NCBI GenBank assembly: GCA_000993205.1
Contig: LBVU01000002.1
Span: 117,079-181,078, forward strand
Direction of reading: 5' to 3'
Origin: Candidatus Woesebacteria bacterium GW2011_GWB1_39_10
Lineage (GTDB): Bacteria; Patescibacteriota; Microgenomatia; UBA8517
Length of the DNA: 64,000 nt
Part shown: positions 57,721-64,000 of the stretch, piece by piece
How the letters are laid out: each line of letters opens with the position of its first letter
Numbering within the stretch: position 1 is the stretch's first letter
Position numbers and translations under genes: made by a program
Notes under the pieces: generated by a model
What the model was told of the DNA's origin: nothing
Database searches by the model: none
The model's input: only the letters and a program-made list of their open reading frames with translations

Positions 57721-58103
57721 TTATTTATCTTTTGCTTATATTTTTCGGGGTATGCGTCAAAAAGCCTATCGGACAAGACGCCAATCATTCTATTCTTCTC
57801 TACGGGAAGAATGGTTCCTAAAGCAACAGCCGTCCTCACATTAGGAAAACTATTCACAATCATAGTTGCCAAGGTTTTATGTCCTCGACCTGCAAGATAA
57901 TACTGAAAAACTGAATCCTTCAAACTCATTGTTTGTTTTTCCTCTATTGGCTGCCAAAAATCACCATCGGCCACACCAAAAACATCTTCGGGAAGAAATT
58001 CTTTTATCCCAACCAAAACAGATTCCCATGACCCCTCTTTAGGCCGATAGCCCTTTGCCTTCTCTCTTTGGAATCTTGTATTCCTTGTCCTTTCTTTGTC
58101 CAT
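57717..58103 (-). CDS. Hypothetical protein
   Basis: 128-aa ORF overlapping rnhB start by 4 bp; TATAAT 7 nt upstream. Confidence 0.7.
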   Translation of the reverse strand: MDKERTRNTRFQREKAKGYRPKEGSWESVLVGIKEFLPEDVFGVADGDFWQPIEEKQTMSLKDSVFQYYLAGRGHKTLATMIVNSFPNVRTAVALGTILPVEKNRMIGVLSDRLFDAYPEKYKQKINK

Positions 58104-58146
58104 CGCCTTGATTATACCACCTGTAATCTGCTACAATTTAGCTTCG

Positions 58147-58332
58147 ATGAAACAAATTTTCAGCTTCTTTTCTGAGGTCAAAATCGAGCTTTCCAAGGTA
58201 ACCTGGCCCAGACGCGACGAGGTTATAAAGCTCACCTTGATAGTATTCGCCGTCTCGGCTATAATTGGAGCCTACGTCGGAGGTTTAGACTATTTGTTCA
58301 CAAAACTTCTAGCGTTAATTGTCACAAAATAA
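58147..58332 (+). CDS. secE: Preprotein translocase subunit SecE
   Basis: ELSKVTWP + TM; upstream of nusG. Confidence 0.94.
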   Translation: MKQIFSFFSEVKIELSKVTWPRRDEVIKLTLIVFAVSAIIGAYVGGLDYLFTKLLALIVTK

Positions 58333-58335
58333 TAT

Positions 58336-58962
58336 ATGCCTAACGATCAAAAGCCAGAGGATATAACTCAGATTGCCGAACGTGGAACCGGAAAAAAGAA
58401 AATTCCGGGACATATGATTATTGCGGTAACTGAAGATCCCAAGGCCAAATGGTATGTGGTTCACACGTCCTCGGGACATGAGGTACGCGTTATGGAAACC
58501 TTGCGCCAAAGGGTTGAGACTATGAATTTGGTGGGTAGAATCTTTGAAATGCTTGTCCCCACCCAAGACAGAGTCATCATTCGCGGAGGTAAAAAGGCCA
58601 CCATAAAGGAAAAGATTTTCCCGGGATACCTTCTGGTTAAGATGATTTTGGACGACCCAACTTGGTTAGCCGTTCGCACTACAGCAGGAATCACGGGATT
58701 TGTGGGCGCAGGCAATAATCCCACACCTCTATCAGAAATCGAAGTTGCCAACATTCAAAAGTTCGTAAGCTCCCCAGCCCCCAGATTCAAAACAAAGTTT
58801 ACAGTTGGAGAGGCAGTTAAAATTACCGACGGGCCTTTCAGCGACTTTCTTGGGACAATTCACGAAATGGATGACGAAAAAGGAAAAGTTAAAGTATTGG
58901 TAAGCATTTTCGGACGAGAAACCCCGGTTGAGCTGGACTTTCTACAGATCCAGAAGGTATAA
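58336..58962 (+). CDS. nusG: Transcription factor NusG
   Basis: WYVVHT, FPGYL, GPFSDF, IFGRETPVEL. Confidence 0.97.
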   Translation: MPNDQKPEDITQIAERGTGKKKIPGHMIIAVTEDPKAKWYVVHTSSGHEVRVMETLRQRVETMNLVGRIFEMLVPTQDRVIIRGGKKATIKEKIFPGYLLVKMILDDPTWLAVRTTAGITGFVGAGNNPTPLSEIEVANIQKFVSSPAPRFKTKFTVGEAVKITDGPFSDFLGTIHEMDDEKGKVKVLVSIFGRETPVELDFLQIQKV

Positions 58963-59071
58963 TATAAATACCACGGTTTTTCTGTGGGAGACGTAGGTCG
59001 AAACTTCTTTATAGTTTCTTCCTTGCGTTTAGAACAAAACTTGTGGTGAGCGAGTTTTACGAGTCGAATCC

Positions 59072-59500
59072 ATGGCCAGAAAAGTAAAAACAATCGTTAA
59101 GATCAATTTAAAGGCGGCTGAGGCAACCCCAGCCCCTCCTGTGGGAACAGCGTTGGGACAACACGGCGTTGCCATTATGGAGTTTGTTAAACAGTATAAT
59201 GATAAGACTAAAGATCTTAAAGGTCAGGTTGCTCCGGCTGTAATCACGATCTACGACGACAGAAGCTTCACTTTTACTATCAAAAGAGCACCTGTTGCCG
59301 ATATGATCAAAAAAACCTTGGGTATAGAAAAAGGTTCCGGTAAAACCCCAAGGGAAACCGCAGGAACTCTAACCCGCGAAATGGTCAAAAAGATTGCCGA
59401 GGAAAAGTTGGAAGACTTAAATACTAAAGATGTAGAAGCTGCAATGAAAATCGTAGAAGGAACAGCAAGAAGTATGGGAGTGACGGTAGCGTCATCCTGA
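59072..59500 (+). CDS. rplK: 50S ribosomal protein L11
   Basis: ATPAPPVGTALG, GTARSMG. Confidence 0.97.
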   Translation: MARKVKTIVKINLKAAEATPAPPVGTALGQHGVAIMEFVKQYNDKTKDLKGQVAPAVITIYDDRSFTFTIKRAPVADMIKKTLGIEKGSGKTPRETAGTLTREMVKKIAEEKLEDLNTKDVEAAMKIVEGTARSMGVTVASS

Positions 59501-59560
59501 GTTTTACGAAGGATCCTATTAATATAACAAAAGATTCTATCGCTAACGCTCCAGAATGAC
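59491..59560. repeat. Paired REP-like palindromes of the GIY-YIG-associated family, no cargo gene
   Basis: gtcatcctgag...gaaggatcct, AT spacer, agattctatcg...ctccagaatgac. Confidence 0.75.
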
Positions 59561-59569
59561 ATCAAAAAA

Positions 59570-60406
59570 ATGGGAAAAACTAAAACAGCATTTGTAAGTG
59601 AGACCCCGACTTCCGTCGGGGCAGGCAAAAACGAAAAGAAAAGTCACCTTGCTCACAAAAGTGAGGAGGGTAAAGTTCATGTCGCCGGACTTAAGGGTGG
59701 TCAAAGAGTTAAAGTGGTTGAAGCCGCCCCAACCGAGGAAGCACCTATTTTTGAGGAAGGAAAAGCGGGTTCTCTTGAAGTCTCGAAAAGTGGTGAGCGA
59801 AGTCGAACCAGAGTCGAACGGGTCAGGTCCGTAAAGTATAAAGACGCTAAAAAGAAAATCGAGCCGGGTAAAACTTATGCAATAGAAGCGGCAATTAAAC
59901 TAGTTAAAGAGGCGTCATATTCCAAATTTGACGGAACAATGGAAGCTCACCTAGTACTCAAAAAGGCCGGAATTTCGGCCCAAGTCACCCTCCCCCATGC
60001 CGCGGGACGCGAGAAAAAAGTAGAAATTGCGTCAGATGAAACAATAGAAAAATTAAAAGCAGGAAAAATCGATTTTGATATTTTGATTGCAACCCCGGCA
60101 ATGATGCCGAAACTTGTTCCCTTTGCCAGACTTTTGGGACCTAAGGGACTTATGCCAAACCCCAAAAACGGAACGCTTGTAACGGACCCAAAAAAAGCCA
60201 ACAGTTTCTCTGCAGGAACAGTCACCATCAAAACCGAAAAAGAGGCTCCACTTATTCATACAGTTGTCGGGAAAAATAGCCAGAAAGATGAAGAAATTGC
60301 AGACAACCTTAAAGCAATTTTCAAAGCTTTCGGAGGAGACAAACAAATTGTCAGAGCTTTTATTAAATCAACAATGAGCCCAAGTGTTAAAGTGGAGGTT
60401 AAGTAA
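59570..60406 (+). CDS. rplA: 50S ribosomal protein L1 with N-terminal extension
   Basis: KFDGTME, LGPKGLMPNPKNGT, STMSP. Confidence 0.94.
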   Translation: MGKTKTAFVSETPTSVGAGKNEKKSHLAHKSEEGKVHVAGLKGGQRVKVVEAAPTEEAPIFEEGKAGSLEVSKSGERSRTRVERVRSVKYKDAKKKIEPGKTYAIEAAIKLVKEASYSKFDGTMEAHLVLKKAGISAQVTLPHAAGREKKVEIASDETIEKLKAGKIDFDILIATPAMMPKLVPFARLLGPKGLMPNPKNGTLVTDPKKANSFSAGTVTIKTEKEAPLIHTVVGKNSQKDEEIADNLKAIFKAFGGDKQIVRAFIKSTMSPSVKVEVK

Positions 60407-60596
60407 TTTTTCCTTTGTCTCCAAAAATTGAAGTAAGTAACTCCTCTTTCAAATTGTCCGAAATCGGCAGTTTGCGAACCCATTCTGCAATTTTACTAGC
60501 CGAATCTTCAACGAAATTGGGAGATTTACCCGGAAATTCTACATGAACAACCCCTTTTATTCGACTAGATTTTTTATCTTTTTCTATTGCACTCAT
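60399..60596 (-). CDS. Small hypothetical protein
   Basis: 65-aa ORF with ATGA overlap to the upstream gene. Confidence 0.5.
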   Translation of the reverse strand: MSAIEKDKKSSRIKGVVHVEFPGKSPNFVEDSASKIAEWVRKLPISDNLKEELLTSIFGDKGKIT

Positions 60597-61423
60597 TTTT
60601 TGTCAGGCAAAAGGCCATACGCTTTTGCGTCGTATACAAACGTATCTATTGAGTTAGTGTTTGTTATTCTACCATAACAGTTCCTAACGGATTCCGAAGC
60701 ATACCCCGGAACAATGACTATAAATGGTCTTATAACTGCATTTCCCGTGTCTTGCTCACCCATTATCCAATGTGTTTGCCTAACCGTCGCCAAAAGAGTC
60801 CTGACATGCTCGGGCCCTACCTGACCATGAGTATCCAGGTTGGGATCGTCAGCTCTGAATATCTCAGGATTAATTACACTAGAATGTGACTTAAGTTGAA
60901 TAACACGAACAATTTCTTTGCCTTCTTGATCTCTTTCCCCGAACTTTAATATCAAATCAACCTTCCCCTTAACATCCATCGTAGCCGGGGCAATTATATC
61001 CAAAGCGCGAATTGCGACTCCGGCTTTCCTTGCTAAATCTATAAAAGTCACGATAGAGAAAGCCCCATACAAATGGTCTCTTACAACATCTTTAGAATTC
61101 GGTAAGCCATTAACCACTGAATCTTTTTCTGCGGTTGAGAACAATGCTTTGTCCAACAAGCTTTCAATTGCTAACCCCTGTCCTGTCCCAGCGAAATCTT
61201 GGGAAAAAATGTCAATTACGGCGGCTAATGAACCTTGTAAACTTGCTAATTTTTCCGGGTGACGATTGCCTTCTTTTTGATGAAGTTCGGAAATAAGTCC
61301 ATTTTTAAAATCAGTGCCAATCCACTTTAAAAGTATGTCATGCGATTTGCTTTGCAAACGTTCCTCTTTCGGCATCTCTAAAATCTGTCTTATGGGAACT
61401 TCAGCAATGGCGTCCAACATCAC
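60593..61423 (-). CDS. Hypothetical protein, possible PD-(D/E)xK nuclease fold
   Basis: KVDL...IQLKS pattern. Confidence 0.6.
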   Translation of the reverse strand: MMLDAIAEVPIRQILEMPKEERLQSKSHDILLKWIGTDFKNGLISELHQKEGNRHPEKLASLQGSLAAVIDIFSQDFAGTGQGLAIESLLDKALFSTAEKDSVVNGLPNSKDVVRDHLYGAFSIVTFIDLARKAGVAIRALDIIAPATMDVKGKVDLILKFGERDQEGKEIVRVIQLKSHSSVINPEIFRADDPNLDTHGQVGPEHVRTLLATVRQTHWIMGEQDTGNAVIRPFIVIVPGYASESVRNCYGRITNTNSIDTFVYDAKAYGLLPDKK

Positions 61424-61534
61424 CTAATTTAAAGGTATTTAACAAGAAAATACAACCAGGTGAAAGTTCCCTGCCTTGTTTTCTCGCCACTCCTATAGTA
61501 CAATTCCCCCTCGTAAGCCATTTTTTAATTAAAT

Positions 61535-61759
61535 ATGAAAGATAATATCGAAAATGAGGCTAGAAAAAGAGACTTGTTGAGGCTTGCCAGAAATATTAGC
61601 TTGGCTGAAACAGGAAAACTTGGATCGGAGATTGAAACCGGCTACCCGGAGGGTGAAATACCCGGCGAAAGCCCAAGAGTTAAACAAATACGCCTAGCGC
61701 GATCAAGGCAAGAATTGCTTGAGTATAAACCGGAAGGTGAATCTTCCCCTGTTGCATAA
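61535..61759 (+). CDS. Small hypothetical protein
   Basis: 74-aa ORF. Confidence 0.55.
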   Translation: MKDNIENEARKRDLLRLARNISLAETGKLGSEIETGYPEGEIPGESPRVKQIRLARSRQELLEYKPEGESSPVA

Positions 61760-61890
61760 ACATATTAGTTTGATATAATTACTCTTGTCCTAAGAAAGTG
61801 CGTGGCGAGCGTAGTCGAACCATAAATCGCGCTGGAGGAAGCTAATTTCTTCAGTGTTGGCGTACCCCTCCCCCTCTTTAGACAAAAAAT

Positions 61891-62412
61891 ATGCTTAAGG
61901 CTCAAAAGATTACATTCGTAGAAGATTTAACCGGAAAACTGAAAGATGCAAAGTCGTTGGTTCTTGTTAACTACTCCGGACTTAACGTCAAAGCTCAACA
62001 AGACCTAAAAGAGAAGCTAAACGCGGCAGGAGCCCGTATGGTGGTAATTAAAAACACCCTGCTTAAAAGAGCCGGCAAGGCGGCAAAAATCGACGATGGC
62101 ATGCTTGAAGACTCCATCCTCCAAGGTCAAACAGCCTTGGTTATATCAAATGAAGACGCTGTTGCCCCTATTCAGATTTTGGGGAAGTTTGCAAAAGAGA
62201 ATGACGTACCAAAGTTTAAAGTCGGGATTATCGACGGAATGTTCCAGGATACCGTTTCTCTAACCAAACTTTCCACCCTTCCGGGACGAGATGTTCTTTT
62301 GAGCCAGCTTTTGGGAAGCTTAATGTCACCTATGTATGGATTGGTGGGAACTCTAAATGGACCAATGCAGAAATTAGTGTATATTTTGGACCAAAAATCC
62401 AAATCGAGCTAA
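61891..62412 (+). CDS. rplJ: 50S ribosomal protein L10
   Basis: YSGLNV, VIKNTL, LSTLP; upstream of rplL. Confidence 0.94.
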   Translation: MLKAQKITFVEDLTGKLKDAKSLVLVNYSGLNVKAQQDLKEKLNAAGARMVVIKNTLLKRAGKAAKIDDGMLEDSILQGQTALVISNEDAVAPIQILGKFAKENDVPKFKVGIIDGMFQDTVSLTKLSTLPGRDVLLSQLLGSLMSPMYGLVGTLNGPMQKLVYILDQKSKSS

Positions 62413-62439
62413 TAATATTTCGGACGGAGGTGAATATAT

Positions 62440-62847
62440 ATGGCAGAAGAAACAACAAAAGCAAACAAAGCAGTAGAAAAATTAGTTGAAGAAATTGCAA
62501 AACTTAGTGTTTTGGATCTTTCAGAACTAGTTAGCGCACTTCAAGAAAAACTTGGAGTTTCTGCTATGCCAGTAGCAGCAGCCGCGGCACCCGCCGCCGT
62601 CCAAGAGGGCTCTGGCGAGGCAAAGGACGAAGGTGGTCTTAAAACAGTTGTCATGACAAATGCGGGAGGAAACAAAATTGGTGTAATCAAAGCTCTTCGG
62701 GAGATTAACCAAAACTTGACCCTCATGGATGCAAAGGGCATGACAGAAGCGGTTCCTGCAGAAATTCTTAAGGACGCCAAAGCAGAAGATGCTAAAGCGG
62801 CCGAGGAAAAATTGAAAGCGGCAGGTGCCACAGTAGAATTGAAATAA
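62440..62847 (+). CDS. rplL: 50S ribosomal protein L7/L12
   Basis: Ala hinge, KIGVIKALR, AGATVELK. Confidence 0.96.
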   Translation: MAEETTKANKAVEKLVEEIAKLSVLDLSELVSALQEKLGVSAMPVAAAAAPAAVQEGSGEAKDEGGLKTVVMTNAGGNKIGVIKALREINQNLTLMDAKGMTEAVPAEILKDAKAEDAKAAEEKLKAAGATVELK

Positions 62848-62935
62848 ATTTCAATCTACGTGGTAAACAACAGTCGAGCTTAAATAATCAAATTATTGTT
62901 ACTCAGTAATTCGTTACTTAAGCTGACAACAAATT

Positions 62936-62961
62936 ATCCCGCTTAAAATGCGGGATTTTTT
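62936..62961 (+). terminator. Intrinsic terminator after rplL
   Basis: atcccgc-ttaaaat-gcgggat followed by T-tract. Confidence 0.75.
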
Positions 62962-63035
62962 GTGCCCGAAAAAATACATTACTTCTCAATTATCCTTATC
63001 TGTTAAGTGTTCTACTGTTCTAGAACAATAGAACA

Positions 63036-63536
63036 CTATTTGCGATATAATTCACTATTCATTTCAGCTATTTCTTTATCTATTACCTCTTTTTCCGACA
63101 TTTTCTCAATTAGCTCTTTGGGAGTTTTATCTTGTTTCTCTGCTACAGCATATTGCCCAGTGGCTAACAGTAATTCCGGTAAATGAAATTCAATCGGACC
63201 ATGTGGAATTTTGGTTGGTTTGCCCCATTTTAATGGCAACTTCGCGATCGCCTTCTTAAATCCATTTCCACCTTTTTCCAACCAAATGTTAACTTTATTC
63301 ACAGTTCCCAAACTTGAATGAGTTTCCCGAACGACTTCACGCTGATGTTTGCCAGAGAGCAATAGTTTGGCTATACGAAGCCTTATTGAAAGAATTTTTA
63401 TTTCGTTGGCGGTAAGCAGATCCTCAAGGAAATCCGCTATTTCAGAAGCATTTCTTAAGTCCTTAAATGAGTTTACCAAATCAAACATCAAACTTACCTT
63501 TTCCTCGTTTCCTAATTTTTCCGCTTTCTGTTTCAT
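63036..63536 (-). CDS. YerC/YecD (TrpR-related) protein
   Basis: FLEDLLTANE..RLRIAKLL..SLGTVNKV..WL..GF. Confidence 0.85.
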   Translation of the reverse strand: MKQKAEKLGNEEKVSLMFDLVNSFKDLRNASEIADFLEDLLTANEIKILSIRLRIAKLLLSGKHQREVVRETHSSLGTVNKVNIWLEKGGNGFKKAIAKLPLKWGKPTKIPHGPIEFHLPELLLATGQYAVAEKQDKTPKELIEKMSEKEVIDKEIAEMNSELYRK

Positions 63537-63720
63537 TGTTCTAGAACATTAGAACATGTACGGTGAAGGCTTGTCAAGAATGGCAAGACAAACAATAGCT
63601 GAAAGAATTTACTCGATATAAATTCGTGAAATGTTTGGGTGTGAAATAAGGTCGTATTTTCACGAACTGCTGGATAAAGGATTTGTTCGAAAGTGATAGT
63701 TAATACCCTATTTTGGGCAT

Positions 63721-64000
63721 TTATGCCAGGAGGTAATTTATAACTTTTTGTGCCACATTTATCTTAGTTGCAGATTCAAACCCCTCAAATTGACAGGATC
63801 TATTAACCTCCAAAACTATCCAGTTACCTTGGGTGTCCCGCATAAGATCTAAACCACAGTATTCCAATTTAAACAGTTTAACGGTATTCACAGCTACCGA
63901 ACTCGCTTCTGAATCTTCCCCTATTTTATATTCTTCTACCAGTCCGCCCTGAGAAAAATTACTTAGAAAATTCCCTGGTTTAGCAATCCTCTTCATAGCG
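63721..64000 (-). CDS. RimK family ATP-grasp ligase (C-terminal part; runs off window)
   Basis: SNFSQGG, CGLDL, VLEVN, FEGFE. Confidence 0.85.
   Translation of the reverse strand, partial: AMKRIAKPGNFLSNFSQGGLVEEYKIGEDSEASSVAVNTVKLFKLEYCGLDLMRDTQGNWIVLEVNRSCQFEGFESATKINVAQKVINYLLA

Noticed and set aside
1-64000. CRISPR array, cas genes, reverse transcriptase/DGR, IS transposase, prophage
   Set aside because: No regularly spaced repeat-spacer array and no recognisable cas, RT, transposase, integrase or phage structural ORF seen.
1-64000. Stop-codon reassignment (code 25, as in Gracilibacteria/SR1)
   Set aside because: Core genes are full length under code 11, and TGA ends genes such as ychF and rplK.

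Overview
A 64-kb, roughly 40% GC (by eye) stretch of a small-genome bacterial chromosome. Gene content and style point to Patescibacteria/CPR, probably Microgenomates (Woesebacteria-like); this is inference. Standard code 11 is used. The window is mostly housekeeping genes (rpsF-ssb-rpsR, ychF, pyrG, prs, cysS, dnaX-ybaB-recR, proS, rpsB-tsf-frr, tdk-tmk, topA-dprA, mreB-mrdA, def-fmt, secE-nusG-rplK-rplA, rplJ-rplL) plus four tRNAs, three toxin-antitoxin-type loci, a tRNA-linked LAGLIDADG-like endonuclease, cohesin/dockerin surface proteins and many orphan ORFs. Signals the gene list does not explain: (1) degenerate 7-8-mer tandem arrays that sit in-frame inside essential genes and put the same peptide into unrelated proteins; (2) several families of short palindromic REP-like elements, some in-frame in CDSs, one family bracketing a GIY-YIG nuclease and another bracketing a TrpR-like gene; (3) an orphan MazF/PemK-like toxin facing a near-consensus antisense promoter whose transcript would be a structured RNA; (4) a ~470-nt heavily base-paired non-coding region beside tRNA-Tyr; (5) many apparently leaderless promoters. 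All calls come from reading the sequence by eye; no database searches or folding programs were run.
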